From Nitrospirota bacterium (lineage in GTDB: Bacteria > Nitrospirota > UBA9217): 64,000 bases of DNA. Within the stretch, counting starts at the first letter, position 1. Every line of letters starts with the position of its first letter. This document shows positions 1 through 11,010 of this stretch, in pieces. The stretch lies in the NCBI GenBank assembly GCA_963751455.1, contig CAVVUN010000006.1, positions 228,589 to 292,588 on the forward strand, read 5' to 3'. The notes under the pieces are model-generated. The model was not told the origin of the DNA. It did not search any database and was given only the letters and a program-made list of their open reading frames with translations. Made by a program: the position numbers and the translations under genes.

Positions 1-100
1 GCTGTTGATTTCAACTACTATTGTTCACCCGTGAGCCATCGAGAAAATTGAAAATTTTTAAGTGAAAGATGCGCGCTTCCCTGAGATCGAATATCGATGA

Positions 101-835
101 TTACATCGCCGCTTCGGCAGCAACATGCCCGGCTAATGTCGTAATAAATGCCTTCAGTCCGGTTAATTCGCTCATTTCAGAGTACACGCCGTTTTTTGAA
201 GCAATCCGGGGAGAAAGAATAATAGTAGCAGCAGAGTATAATTGTTCGGCCATCAATTTCTTACACAGAATGTTATAACGCTCGGCATACGAGGCATTCT
301 GAAACTCCGGGAAAATGGGAAAGTTCGGAGAGAAATCCTTTACCGCCCTGCGTGAAGCCGGAGCGTCTTCAAGCAGCATTAAATAACCCAGAAACGGTCT
401 CTTACTTTCTCCGAAAGCCCCTTCACGGTAGGCAGTCCATAGATCAACCGCATTTCCAAGGGCTTCCTCACAACGATTATTACAATTGTTGCCGAAGGAG
501 CCCGCCTGCGACTTAAATTCAACCGCAGCAATGAGTTTTCCCTGATTCATCACCAGCAAATCCCAAACCTTGGTAGGCCGGAAAAAGCCAGGCAGCGTAA
601 GGAGGCGTCGTTTCTGCAGGATGTCCGCATGGCCGAGCCCATTTGCATGCACGATATCGACAACGAGACGGACAAAGCCATGAAGATTGTTGCCTCCGGT
701 AACCGCGCCTCGTTCACCCTGGTCCATTTTTCCGCTTGTACGCTGCTTTTTTGTAGCCTTTTTTCTGCTGACCCAGAACTTTTTGACAGCAGAACGCGCC
801 TTCGCTTCATAATCAACAAGATCAAGCGGCATCAT
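101..835 (-). CDS. PaeR7I/XhoI-family type II restriction endonuclease
   Basis: Family motifs [40 protein letters not shown]. Likely start MMPLDL at 835, overlapping the methyltransferase stop. Confidence 0.88.
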   Translation of the reverse strand: MMPLDLVDYEAKARSAVKKFWVSRKKATKKQRTSGKMDQGERGAVTGGNNLHGFVRLVVDIVHANGLGHADILQKRRLLTLPGFFRPTKVWDLLVMNQGKLIAAVEFKSQAGSFGNNCNNRCEEALGNAVDLWTAYREGAFGESKRPFLGYLMLLEDAPASRRAVKDFSPNFPIFPEFQNASYAERYNILCKKLMAEQLYSAATIILSPRIASKNGVYSEMSELTGLKAFITTLAGHVAAEAAM

Positions 836-2558
836 CCACTCCCTTTTCGCCATCTGATGCGATAATGCACCGCTCATCTGGCGATAATTTATAAAGATCG
901 GAGGTCAGAGCGTTGCATGCCCTGACGTCTCGCTTATCCGCAGCAGCTCTCAATTTCGCTCGCATGTCTTCCGGGACATCCTGCCAATGAGGGATGCGAA
1001 TGCGGCGCAGATACTGTGCCTGGAATCGCAGATACCCGCCTCGCATTTTTGTGGAATAGGTTGAAATAAAGAGCCCGGGGATATCCGATAGCAGTACTGC
1101 CTGGAGCGCTTTTAAATCCCATGTGTCCGATGTAATGTAATAGAGATTGTGATGAGGATAATATTTTCCTTCCTCATACACGATGTTTGCCTCGCCCTTT
1201 ATGTCAGGGATCAGGAGCTTCGGCGTGTTCGTAAGCTGAGGGGTGATCCGGTCAATCGTCCGGTACCATCGGTCGCTGTTCCGCTTCGCCACGTTACGGT
1301 TGCAGATAATAGTCTTATGCCGGTTCAAATATGCAGCAAGCTTCGGATATTTTTTCAAATTTACAAGGCCGCCCTCTTCGTCAAAAGGATTAATAACGCC
1401 TTTCCCGCGCCATTCAACATGGCCCGCCACGATGTCTTTCGTCATCACCAGCGGCAATTTCCGGTCTTTTTCTACATCAAGCTCATCATACGGCCCGACA
1501 TAAACTTTATCCGCGCCGGTAGCAACGCCGATGCCGACTTTGCACCCCGCCTCTTCGAGTGTTGGAAGCTCTGCTTCAAGTCGTCTTAGAACAGCAAGCT
1601 GATCAAATGATTCAAGCACCCACGGCTCGCTGCCATGCATGATGCCGCTAACTTCATGCACATCGCCGCTGGGTTTGATTGATTTGGCTCGCATATCATG
1701 TGCAAGCTTGTTTAAGGTGTCTTTATCAACTTGTGGACGATGCGCTATGCGGGTCGCTTCGGACTTTTCATGTGCAATTACCGTAATAGCCGGGTATGCG
1801 CTCACTTCAGAATGAAAGGCATCGGTATCGACCATATCAATATAGTATTTCAGATGATAGCCGTGCGCAACCATCTTCCGCAGCGGCCCACCGTAACGGT
1901 TCTTCATCCACCGATCAGAGCAGATGAATCCCACAGAACCTTTCGGCTCCAGGAGCTTTAATGATTTTTCTATAAATGGGATGTACAGATCCGCGCGATC
2001 GTAAAGAGTATCAAAGCGATGCCTATATTCGGCAAGCAGGACAGCAGGGATTAATTCCTGGCGCACATATGGAGGATTGCCGACGATGTGAGTAAACTGA
2101 AAAGGAAATTCGGTAAGGAGAAAATCGCTCTGAATAAGCCATGCATCGAGCAGCTTTTCAGTATCGGATTTTGATAGTCCCGTATCCTTGAGCAACGTGT
2201 GGAGCTTCCACCGTGTTTCCAAAAAACTCTTACTATGCAGTTCAATTGAACGAATAGAATCTCTGAGATCTGCAACAGGTTGAGGGTGCGCAGGAGCATG
2301 TGTATTGTAAGAATCGAGCAGCCGTTCCACAGCCACTAGAAGAAACGCGCCTTCTCCGAATGAAGGTTCCAGCAAGCGTTTCTTGTAAAGAGCGACAGTG
2401 GCCGTGTAGCCGGTTAAATCCAGGATAAACTCGACCACTTCACGGCGTGTGAACACAGCACCGCGCCCCTCTACGCCAGCCGCTGCCAACTGCTCAATAG
2501 CGCCTTGAAGCCGGTCCATACCTGGCAATGCAATTTGTAAAGTGTCAAGTGTCGTCAT
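822..2558 (-). CDS. N6-adenine DNA methyltransferase, gamma class (M.PaeR7I/TaqI-like)
   Basis: [16 protein letters not shown] (motif I), IVGNPPY (motif IV), TaqI-like C-terminal region; coupled to the endonuclease gene. Confidence 0.92.
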   Translation of the reverse strand: MTTLDTLQIALPGMDRLQGAIEQLAAAGVEGRGAVFTRREVVEFILDLTGYTATVALYKKRLLEPSFGEGAFLLVAVERLLDSYNTHAPAHPQPVADLRDSIRSIELHSKSFLETRWKLHTLLKDTGLSKSDTEKLLDAWLIQSDFLLTEFPFQFTHIVGNPPYVRQELIPAVLLAEYRHRFDTLYDRADLYIPFIEKSLKLLEPKGSVGFICSDRWMKNRYGGPLRKMVAHGYHLKYYIDMVDTDAFHSEVSAYPAITVIAHEKSEATRIAHRPQVDKDTLNKLAHDMRAKSIKPSGDVHEVSGIMHGSEPWVLESFDQLAVLRRLEAELPTLEEAGCKVGIGVATGADKVYVGPYDELDVEKDRKLPLVMTKDIVAGHVEWRGKGVINPFDEEGGLVNLKKYPKLAAYLNRHKTIICNRNVAKRNSDRWYRTIDRITPQLTNTPKLLIPDIKGEANIVYEEGKYYPHHNLYYITSDTWDLKALQAVLLSDIPGLFISTYSTKMRGGYLRFQAQYLRRIRIPHWQDVPEDMRAKLRAAADKRDVRACNALTSDLYKLSPDERCIIASDGEKGVDDAA

Positions 2559-2615
2559 CTTGTTATAGCCACAACCTGAATTCGTTTTGCGTTTCTACGT
2601 GCATCCCAAATACAA

Positions 2616-5600
2616 TTACGCCTCCGGTTTATTACCGCTTTGTTCCTGTTCATAGAAATCCATTTCTCTTTCCCACTGCTTCCTTTGAGCGATTGCTTTT
2701 TCTTTTGCACCTTCTTCGCCCCATCTCTTGACGGAAAAGCGCCTTAATTTTTCTTTACCTGGCATTGGGCTTCCCGAGGCAAACCAAGCATCAGTCGTCC
2801 AGACCTTGCCATTTCTCTTGGTGACGCTTTTTCCACGTCTGACACCTACTATGCCGGACTTATTCCTGGCAGTAATTCTAATAGCGTTTTCCCTTCTTTT
2901 GTAGGGTGTTATTAATTTATTGATTTCAGCTAATTGCTCTTTTGCGGCTTCAAAGGCATCTTTTATACCGCCATATATAGAATCGCTAAAAAATTCATTA
3001 TAGTTCTTGTCTCGCCGTCTGACTCTGATTTCCCAACCGTGTGTACCCCTCTTAGTAAAGATATCAATCCTTGTGATTCCAATAGTTCTTGGAAAAGTCT
3101 TTTTAATAAAATCCTTAATCTCAGAATAATCTATAACTTTATTCGGTTCAGAAGAGGAAAATAGTGAACCTGAGATTTTTATCTTCGGTACATAGTCGCC
3201 CTTCTTGACTGCGCTGCCTTTTCCTCTCTTGCTTGCAGTACCAAAGCTTTTCGCATAATGTTGATGCCGTACTCTTCCTTGCGGAATAATTGTTAAGTCT
3301 TTGCCCCACCTTAGCAATGTTTTTAAGCGCCACTTTAAGGTTTCTTCAGTATATCTATCATCCATTATTTTTTCAAATGGCGGCCTTACGGGTTCATCTT
3401 GCCTGACAGTCTCCCAAATTATTTGTAGTGGCTCAGTGGTAAGCGCTTCTTTAAGCAATTTCCGAAATTCGCCTGGAGATACAGTCACTGGTTGATCACC
3501 GGTTAGCCAGCCACCAAGACGTAAATCAGATATTGCTACACGATCATCGATTTGTGATACTGGCACTCCACCCTGTATTGACTGCCAAGCATTTTCCACC
3601 AACGCAACATTCGGACTCGACGGCAAGAAAAAGTCCAGCCGACTTGAAGCCCTTCTCCTGACATTCAACATGCCCAAATTGCCGAGAGTTTCAATTATAG
3701 AGCTTCTCGACTCGGTCGGTTGTATCAAATTTCCGTCATCGGTTTCTACTAGGAGTTTGGTTTCCGTCAACCATGCCCGAAATACTAATGAGTAGGATTC
3801 CCAGGTTTTACTTGACGCCTCTATGAACGGAAACTGTTGTTGAAGATATTTAGACATAGCCTTTACAGAGAATTTATCACCGTGTGATACGGCGTTAATA
3901 ATTCGCGATACGATTTCATTCTTTAGAAGTTGTCGCCGTATATACTCCCCTAAACGCCCATGATTATAGATATCGCGTACAGATTGAGATACTTCCCATC
4001 CATCTTTACTTGCTATGATCAGATTAAAATTTCTCAATTCCCGAAGTATGTTGAAGGCATATCCCCGCGATAATCCCTGAGTCTTTTCAATATCTTCGAC
4101 AGAGATGTCTTTTTTGTTTTTATCTATAAGCGAGTGAAAAACGGCCAGTACGGGGCTAGGAGAGGTTCTGTAGACATTTATCTGGCGAAACTCGGGAAGT
4201 TTTTGATAAACTAGATAATCTTTAAAAACGTCACTATAAGTGTCATAAGTAATTCCGGTAAGCCTGATTAATCTTGAAGCCGTTAGTTTATCAAGAATTT
4301 TTAGTAAAAGTGGGTCTTCATCGAAATGTCTATGAATTTGGTTAAAGTCTGCGGGGAGCAATCTTGCAATTCGAGAAAGATAGTCTCTTTCCATTTCATC
4401 AAGTTCTTCAAGCTCTTCATTAAATAAATCATCAAGCTGCAAACCTGCGGATATCAACTCACTTTGAATAACGCCTTTACTGACTAATCTTGTTAGATGC
4501 GCCATTGTTCTTTTTAACAACCAAGGAAATCCTTGGGCAAAGCTGAGAACATATGATTGAACTTCACGTGTTATTGGTTTAGCTGCTGTCTCGTTAATTC
4601 TTCGTATAAGTGAGATGGCCTCTTCAACTGAAAAGTCAGGCAATTCGAAAGATTTTGAAGATTGATTTATTTTTTCGAGGGAAATTTTAGAATTATCAAA
4701 AGTCGTCAGCTGGTCATTTTTCCTAGCAAAAATGACAAATGTCTTATTTTTGCTACGAGAAAAAATATCAAAAAGGTTTTCGTAAGCTTCAAATATCTCT
4801 GGAACAAGGAACGTCGATTCAAATTGATCAACGAAAAACAACTTCAATCTATCTCTGTTATTTTCTATTAAATTGTTAATTTGATTTTCAATATCACGAA
4901 AATCTTGCGCTAAGTAGTCCGAATTCGTGAAGCGCTGCACCACGGAAAATATATCAAGAGTTGATTTAATATCACGCGCATCATGCAATTCTGTAATAGC
5001 ACCTGCTTCCACCTTTGCCTTTTCAATAAATGCCAAAACCGAGCTTTTCCCAACACCTGAACGACTTTTAACCTGTAAGATGTTAGGCCCTTGATTCTCA
5101 TCGATATAGGTTGATAGTCGTTCAATAAACTTATCTCTTCCTATGAAAACATTCGGGCTTGCTGGCAACTTGTAATCTGCCCAATCAGTACCTAAAGATA
5201 AGCCCTTCGGAATGCTTCGTTCTTTTTCACGATAAATCTTGCTTGGCTTTTTTGGGCTCAAAATTGGCTCAAGTGGTTGCAGAGGAATCTCCGATGAAGT
5301 TAAAGCCTGCAAAAACTGCACGTCATCAATTTGATTGCAATTGAGATCAAAAACAGAAAAATAGGCCGGTGTAATAGAATTATGCGCGCGTGCAATAAGC
5401 ACTAAAAAAATGTCATCATCCGTTTTCAGGATTTTGCTAGTAACAGGTATATAGCCTTGTTGTTGTAACACACTTGCCAACACATCAAAAGATGGACATC
5501 TCAATGAGTCTTCAATCGACCTGAATAGTCCCTTCCCCGTTATGCTGGTGATACCGTACGATTTGACTTTAGAGTAGTAATCATCGGCTTCCGGAGTAAG

Positions 5601-5909
5601 TGGGGCCGTTGACAAAAAAAGTCCATGTACTTTTTTTTCGTTTAAGCCTAATGGTAATAACTTCCCAACAAAGGCAGAGAATTCCTTTCCTGTAATCGAT
5701 TTTTCCAAAGCCTTCGCTTCACCAATAACTTGCTGCTGTGTTGTTACATTTACACCTTCAATATCATACTCAAGACTATTCTTCTTTTTCCTTAATTCAA
5801 CATTAAAGCCAGAGGCTTGTAGATATTTTTTCAAAAGGGACTCGAATAGGAGCCCTTTATAGAAGCTTTTGTTTTCTTCGGTTTGTTTGCTATGATAGAA
5901 AAGAAACAT
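2616..5909 (-). CDS. Mrr-like PD-(D/E)xK nuclease + STAND-type ATPase + winged-helix region + two C-terminal AP2-like domains; putative defence protein
   Basis: N-terminal G.LFE...EYDIEG...IGEAK; FIGR, Walker A SRSGVGKS, Walker B FFVDQFE, GFPW (STAND GxP); C-terminal HGWEIRVRR...FFSDSIYGG and NKSGIVGVRR...FSVKRWGEEGAKEKAIAQRK. Start taken at the second Met (ORF track starts at 5945). Confidence 0.75.
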   Translation of the reverse strand: MFLFYHSKQTEENKSFYKGLLFESLLKKYLQASGFNVELRKKKNSLEYDIEGVNVTTQQQVIGEAKALEKSITGKEFSAFVGKLLPLGLNEKKVHGLFLSTAPLTPEADDYYSKVKSYGITSITGKGLFRSIEDSLRCPSFDVLASVLQQQGYIPVTSKILKTDDDIFLVLIARAHNSITPAYFSVFDLNCNQIDDVQFLQALTSSEIPLQPLEPILSPKKPSKIYREKERSIPKGLSLGTDWADYKLPASPNVFIGRDKFIERLSTYIDENQGPNILQVKSRSGVGKSSVLAFIEKAKVEAGAITELHDARDIKSTLDIFSVVQRFTNSDYLAQDFRDIENQINNLIENNRDRLKLFFVDQFESTFLVPEIFEAYENLFDIFSRSKNKTFVIFARKNDQLTTFDNSKISLEKINQSSKSFELPDFSVEEAISLIRRINETAAKPITREVQSYVLSFAQGFPWLLKRTMAHLTRLVSKGVIQSELISAGLQLDDLFNEELEELDEMERDYLSRIARLLPADFNQIHRHFDEDPLLLKILDKLTASRLIRLTGITYDTYSDVFKDYLVYQKLPEFRQINVYRTSPSPVLAVFHSLIDKNKKDISVEDIEKTQGLSRGYAFNILRELRNFNLIIASKDGWEVSQSVRDIYNHGRLGEYIRRQLLKNEIVSRIINAVSHGDKFSVKAMSKYLQQQFPFIEASSKTWESYSLVFRAWLTETKLLVETDDGNLIQPTESRSSIIETLGNLGMLNVRRRASSRLDFFLPSSPNVALVENAWQSIQGGVPVSQIDDRVAISDLRLGGWLTGDQPVTVSPGEFRKLLKEALTTEPLQIIWETVRQDEPVRPPFEKIMDDRYTEETLKWRLKTLLRWGKDLTIIPQGRVRHQHYAKSFGTASKRGKGSAVKKGDYVPKIKISGSLFSSSEPNKVIDYSEIKDFIKKTFPRTIGITRIDIFTKRGTHGWEIRVRRRDKNYNEFFSDSIYGGIKDAFEAAKEQLAEINKLITPYKRRENAIRITARNKSGIVGVRRGKSVTKRNGKVWTTDAWFASGSPMPGKEKLRRFSVKRWGEEGAKEKAIAQRKQWEREMDFYEQEQSGNKPEA

Positions 5910-5978
5910 TTTTAGGGACCCGTAATTTGTTGTGCAGATGCCCATATAGCCTTATTAGGAGCGCTGCTATGGTTTCTA

Positions 5979-7283
5979 TTATTTTTTCCAGGTATCGTAG
6001 GCCTTCTTACTCTTTGATGGAACCGAAACAGGGTCGATTAACCTAACGATTCGCTTAAAGGCATCCCTGCACCTACCGTATGACCCGATCCGCAACCCTA
6101 CGACCGTTTTCGTGTCCGGTAAAGCCAGCATTATGGCTACCTCGCTTGGCGTAAAACTTTTAATGATCTGGTCATAATAAGGAACCGCAGCTCGGGATAC
6201 CCCATATTGGTTGCCGACAGAACAAGTCACAACAGTTGACACTAGTTCCGATTTGGCAGTATCTGGGATGGCGCCTTGGGAGGTGATCTGAAGAAGTCTT
6301 TCTGCAAAAGGTGGTTCATTATAGAAATTATCAAAAGCTTGGTGTACTTCAAAGAGCCGCTTACATGCTCCCGAAATCAATGCATGCCTTTCGCTATCAC
6401 TAAGCAGATTTAAAAGAGCGAGTTTTTCAAAAAAAACCTGAGACGCTTTGTGGCGGTCTTTATCCCCCTTTGCCAAGTAATCTTGGTGTCTATCGATGAG
6501 GTCCGATTTTGCCTTCGGTGTTAAATCAGGCACGAGTTCACTAACAACCGCTAGTGCATTAATTCGTCCTTCTTGGGCTATAGCGGGGTCACAAAATATG
6601 CCATGTAGTGTTCCTACAAGTAATTCCCGTTGTGCTTCGTGGGTTTTCCGTAGCCGCTGAATCCACTCGTCTTTTTGGTCTTTTGTGAATTTTTTACCAT
6701 TGATCGCCTTTATGAAAGCCTGTATGTCAACACCAACAGGGTTTTGCTCTCCCGTTAAGGCGTATTTAGAGCAGCGATTCAGAAAAGAAATTAATTCATG
6801 ATCATCGATTTTTCCTACAGCAGGATGAGCAGCTGAGAAATTATTCCGAATATCGCGGCACTGATCCAAGAAGAAGTACCCGTCCTCAGTGATCAGGTTT
6901 AGGCTGAGACAGAGTTTAAGGAGTTCGGCATCCTTTAAATCTTGTAGCGCTCTCTCATCAAAGTCCTTTGCGTCGATAACCTGACCCACTACATTGAGGC
7001 CGAAGCGCCTTACCTTGTCTCTAAGTTCAAGAATTGTAGCATTCCAGACATAATTAATGGCACTGTCGAAAAGACCAGATGCGACTGCGACACACATACG
7101 GGCCAATGCCTCGCTACGAAGAGCAGGAGGAACTTTAGTTAAGACACGGGGAAGATTCGTCCAAGCACCATCGATTTCTTCATCACTCGCTAGGATATCT
7201 CTGGGTACGCCCAGAGCCGTCGTTAGCGCTATTAAAATTGACTGACTGTTTTTGATGACTGCCGGTAGATTTACTTTAGACAT
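5979..7283 (-). CDS. HEPN-motif protein with helical C-terminal region (putative RNase defence effector)
   Basis: CRDIRNNFSAAHP (R-x6-H) and upstream GLFDSAINYVWN helix; start MSKVNL at 7283 after GAGGGA; lies inside the defence operon. Confidence 0.6.
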   Translation of the reverse strand: MSKVNLPAVIKNSQSILIALTTALGVPRDILASDEEIDGAWTNLPRVLTKVPPALRSEALARMCVAVASGLFDSAINYVWNATILELRDKVRRFGLNVVGQVIDAKDFDERALQDLKDAELLKLCLSLNLITEDGYFFLDQCRDIRNNFSAAHPAVGKIDDHELISFLNRCSKYALTGEQNPVGVDIQAFIKAINGKKFTKDQKDEWIQRLRKTHEAQRELLVGTLHGIFCDPAIAQEGRINALAVVSELVPDLTPKAKSDLIDRHQDYLAKGDKDRHKASQVFFEKLALLNLLSDSERHALISGACKRLFEVHQAFDNFYNEPPFAERLLQITSQGAIPDTAKSELVSTVVTCSVGNQYGVSRAAVPYYDQIIKSFTPSEVAIMLALPDTKTVVGLRIGSYGRCRDAFKRIVRLIDPVSVPSKSKKAYDTWKK

Positions 7284-7329
7284 ATGATTTCCCTCTTTGG
7301 ACACTACAACCCGAAGATGACGATTCAAC

Positions 7330-8238
7330 TCACTCTTCCGCAAAATAATCCGAATCCACTCTACGTATTTCATACTTTGCTGTTGAAGTCGTTCCCAGTC
7401 CATAATCGATCATCAATTCCGCAAGCGTTCTTCCATCAATCAGGATCACCTTTGGATCAATGCTTTCGACATACTTTACGGCATCATCGGAAAATCTGCC
7501 GGTTGTAATGAAGACGCCCTTCTTTGCTCTTTTGCCGTGAAGCGCACCGACGAATTTCTGAATCTCCGGCCGCCCCACAGTACCTTCCCATCTTTTAGCC
7601 TGCAAATAAATTACATCCAATCCGAGACGATCTTCCTTGATAATGCCATCGATACCCTCATCGCCGCTTTGACCTATTGATTTACCCGCGTCTGCATGCG
7701 AACCACCATAACCTAGCGCCACCATCACATCCACAACCAGCCGTTCGAAGAATTGCGGAGAATTTGCCTTGATTCTTTCCATTATCTCGGATGCCAGATC
7801 AGCCCGGATATTCAAATATGCCTTTTGAAGTGTCTCTTCAGGAGTTTCTACAGGAGAGGTATCCGTGTGATTAACAGTGGTGACTTGATCGGTCTTGGAC
7901 GTATGAAATTCGACGAATTCAGGAAATTGATTGAGGATCTTCACGTCGATTCGGTCATGGCCTTTCTTGTGCAGCTCCTTGCCGCGTTGGGTTACGCGGA
8001 AATAGCCTCGACGGGGGGATTCAAAAACATTTGCCTGGACAAAGTAGCTCTTTGCCCATGCAATCCTATTATCGAACTTTGTCTGCGTCCCACTCGGGAG
8101 CATCTCCCGTAAATCTTGCTCCGCGATGTTCATGCGTTTCGCGATGATCTCTCTCGCCTCTTTCATGGAATGCTCTTTGCCATCAGCAGCAACATCCAGC
8201 AGGGGCTTAAAAAAAGATTGAAAATCAGGAACCGCCAT
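7330..8238 (-). CDS. mrr: Mrr type IV restriction endonuclease
   Basis: Mrr_N (VPDFQ...LPSG...NRIAWAKSY) plus Mrr_cat (DEGIDGII...YLQAKRW...IQKFVGAL...GVFITT). Confidence 0.95.
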   Translation of the reverse strand: MAVPDFQSFFKPLLDVAADGKEHSMKEAREIIAKRMNIAEQDLREMLPSGTQTKFDNRIAWAKSYFVQANVFESPRRGYFRVTQRGKELHKKGHDRIDVKILNQFPEFVEFHTSKTDQVTTVNHTDTSPVETPEETLQKAYLNIRADLASEIMERIKANSPQFFERLVVDVMVALGYGGSHADAGKSIGQSGDEGIDGIIKEDRLGLDVIYLQAKRWEGTVGRPEIQKFVGALHGKRAKKGVFITTGRFSDDAVKYVESIDPKVILIDGRTLAELMIDYGLGTTSTAKYEIRRVDSDYFAEE

Positions 8239-8517
8239 GATTAGGCTCCTCGGTCGCAACATGTGATCGCATAGGATGATGTTTTTCGCTGATTGGCTGA
8301 ATCATTCGTTCTGGGACAGTTGATATAAGCAAGGTGTACTTTTCCGGTTGGTTAATATGGAGAGAATATCACAGAAGGTTACAAAAATAAAGGGAGTTCT
8401 GAGCAGCTGGTCTCATAATTTCAGTGTGAACGATTGAGGTTTCGAGAAGATGTCGATACCGCAGATTACAGGAAGAACTTCTCGTCACCTCTTTTCTCCA
8501 TCTACGCAGTCAGACAC

Positions 8518-9399
8518 TTATTTCCCGCCCATGCTTCTTTGATATTCCGAAGGCGCCATTTTATACTGCCTCTGAAAACACGCGGACAGATACGACGGGC
8601 TTCCGAAGCCGCAGTCCAGGGCGATCTCGGTCATGGACTTGTCCCCGGCAAGCAGAAGTTTTTTTGCGCGCTCCAGGCGTAGGCCTTGGACGTATTCCAT
8701 GGGTGCTTTTCCCGTTTCCGCCTTGAATACGCGTGCAAAGTGCGAGGCGGACAGATGAGCGATTGAGGCCATGATTTCGACAGTGATCTTTGCATCAATA
8801 TGAGAGCTGAGATATTCGATCACGCGGCTGATTTCGACCCGATCGGCTATTCGGCTCCCGTTTACGGGGGCTTTTGTGATCGTCCTGATGAGAGAATGGC
8901 ATATCTCGACACCCAGTGCGTCTAGCACCGGGGCGGCTCCGGTTGTTCCGCTGTCCGCTTCGATCATGAACCGCTTCAGCAGATGGACAAATCCTTCCCC
9001 CGGGTCAAGGAAGTTCCCGCGGAATACCCCGGGCTGTTTGCGTGAATAAAATCGGTACTGTTTTTCAAAAAACTGTTTGCTGATTAAGATACAGATATAT
9101 CGAGGCGGCGTATCAGACGCTAGTTCCTGATGAGGGAGGCCGGGAGACAACGCAAGGACCTTGCCAGGTCTGCCGGATATCGTCTTCCCCTGCAGCCTTA
9201 TCGAGGTTCGTCCGCTGAAGTCCAGGACAAACATGTACGCCGGGTGGGTGTGCTCCGGCGTAAGTGCATAGAAGCACGCCCCGCCTACAGGTGTGAAAAG
9301 TCCTATATGCTCACACACAAAGCAGTCGACATAGCGAAGCTGCTCCTTCGATACTACGCCCACAAGCTTTCTGATTATTTTTAGTTCCTGCCCTGTCAT
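8518..9399 (-). CDS. AraC-family transcriptional regulator
   Basis: C-terminal HTH (LSASHFARVFK...RLERAKKLL...IALDCGFGSPSYLS); N-terminal cupin-like domain. Confidence 0.92.
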   Translation of the reverse strand: MTGQELKIIRKLVGVVSKEQLRYVDCFVCEHIGLFTPVGGACFYALTPEHTHPAYMFVLDFSGRTSIRLQGKTISGRPGKVLALSPGLPHQELASDTPPRYICILISKQFFEKQYRFYSRKQPGVFRGNFLDPGEGFVHLLKRFMIEADSGTTGAAPVLDALGVEICHSLIRTITKAPVNGSRIADRVEISRVIEYLSSHIDAKITVEIMASIAHLSASHFARVFKAETGKAPMEYVQGLRLERAKKLLLAGDKSMTEIALDCGFGSPSYLSACFQRQYKMAPSEYQRSMGGK

Positions 9400-9495
9400 G
9401 ACCGCTCCCTGTGCTGCAGCAGCGATGCTATCAGAAAATGAGTTGGTCTGTCAATCATGACAAGTGAATTGTCCCGGAGCTTAATAAATTCCTCC

Positions 9496-9910
9496 TCAGA
9501 GTCTGTTATAGATGGATGCGGGCATGGTTTTGAGGAGCCATCCGATCAGCCTCCACCGCTTCGTAATATACGCGTGATCTCTTTTTCTCCTGATCGCGTT
9601 GTATATCTGCCGCGCCGCCTTTTCCGGAGAAGCTACCCAGAAAAGGCCGTCACCTTTTGCCATTGCCGTCGACAATGTCTGTTCCCTCCATTTCCGCAAT
9701 CAAGGCTTCGAGCCGGGCCATTGCGTCGGCAGTTTGAGCAACATCGATATGCTTTATGAAAACACGATCTGCGTGCTTCTCCTTCAATTCGGCCAGCAAG
9801 TGAATGCGCCTTCCGGCCAGTCCGACAATATAACCTTCATTCAGAAGGACCGACGACAACTCTTTGCCTATTCCCGAGGTCGCACCGATAACAATTGCCT
9901 TTTTTTTCAT
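9496..9910 (-). pseudogene. Short-chain dehydrogenase/reductase with internal deletion and frameshift
   Basis: N-terminus MKKKAIVIGATSGIG is joined out of frame near 9670 to the C-terminus TAMAKGDGLFWVASPEKAA; the YxxxK catalytic core is absent. Confidence 0.85.
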
Positions 9911-9960
9911 ATATGCTCCCATTTGGTAATGCCTGTTCTTATGGCCCCCGAAAACTCGAT

Positions 9961-10641
9961 TCAATCTCTATACGGTCTCCTCCTGAGGCTCACTTTGCAG
10001 CCGTTCCTTATGGCGGTCGCCCATACCAGCAGAGGATTTGCTCCGATTTGAACATAGAGGCATGTCGGCATGAGAGGCATTGCCATGAGTTTTACGGCTT
10101 CTTCGGGGATTGTATCACCTTTTGCAAGGGCTTCGGCAGCAAGATCGAGGGATTTTTTGATATTCCTTGCCAGTCCTCCGGCCTGTTCCAGCCGCTTCCC
10201 GTGGATCGCTTCTCCGCCGCCCAGGGCAAGGCCGCCGGCCCATTCAAATCCGCATTCGAGCGCAAAACGGCGGCTTATCGCCAGGGAAACCGCATTTTGC
10301 CTGGCTTCAGGAAATCCTGAATTGGAAATGGCCGCCATCCTCCGCTTTCTTTTCTCGGTTCTTTTTTTAGTGTCGGCATTGATCAATTCCATCGCCTTTA
10401 CCACATCGGCATGATGACTGTCGGCGAAAAGCGGAGCAGCAAGGACAATGAGATCGGATTCGTCAGCAGTCGCAAGAAGATGGCGTATGCCTTTTTCGGT
10501 CGAAAGCGACTGCTGTATGTATATTGTCTTTGTTGCAGCGCCTTTCGCTTCCAGTTTCTGTAAAAGATACGCTCCGAGGGCGTCCGAAGTGCTTTTGGGG
10601 CCCCTGGAACTTCCGACGAGCAGCGTGACAAGCATGGTCAT
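9961..10641 (-). CDS. Flavodoxin-like NAD(P)H-dependent oxidoreductase
   Basis: LLVGSSRGPKSTS, DLIVLAAPLFADS, SNSGFPE motifs. Confidence 0.8.
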   Translation of the reverse strand: MTMLVTLLVGSSRGPKSTSDALGAYLLQKLEAKGAATKTIYIQQSLSTEKGIRHLLATADESDLIVLAAPLFADSHHADVVKAMELINADTKKRTEKRKRRMAAISNSGFPEARQNAVSLAISRRFALECGFEWAGGLALGGGEAIHGKRLEQAGGLARNIKKSLDLAAEALAKGDTIPEEAVKLMAMPLMPTCLYVQIGANPLLVWATAIRNGCKVSLRRRPYRD

Positions 10642-10982
10642 TTCCTCTCTTTCAGATTTGTTAGCAGGGAGCGGACCCGGGCTTCGATCGATTCGGCTTT
10701 GTCGGATGTATAAAAAACCGCTGATTCTGCCGCGGGATTATGGAGGTTTACCGAGTTTCGCTGCACAAGCGCCCTGAATATGCTTTCGCTTTCCTCATCA
10801 GGGCCCGGGAGGACGCCTATGCCCAGCAGACTTGGCAGCGGGCTGTACCGCGGTTTGTGGTGGACTTCGCCTTGAATTTTCGTAAAAAAAGGAAGAAGCA
10901 TAGTGCATGAGATGCGGTCTATTGCCTTTTTCAGCTCTGAGGAATATCCGCCGAACGTGACCGCGGTCAGAAAAATAAGCAC
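10638..10982 (-). pseudogene. N-terminally truncated flavodoxin-family protein
   Basis: Begins mid-domain (LIFLTAVTFGGYSSELKKAIDR) with no room for the N-terminal part before the stop of the upstream gene at 11011. Confidence 0.65.
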
Positions 10983-11010
10983 TAAATTGAGGTTCTGTAA
11001 GCGAAGTAGG

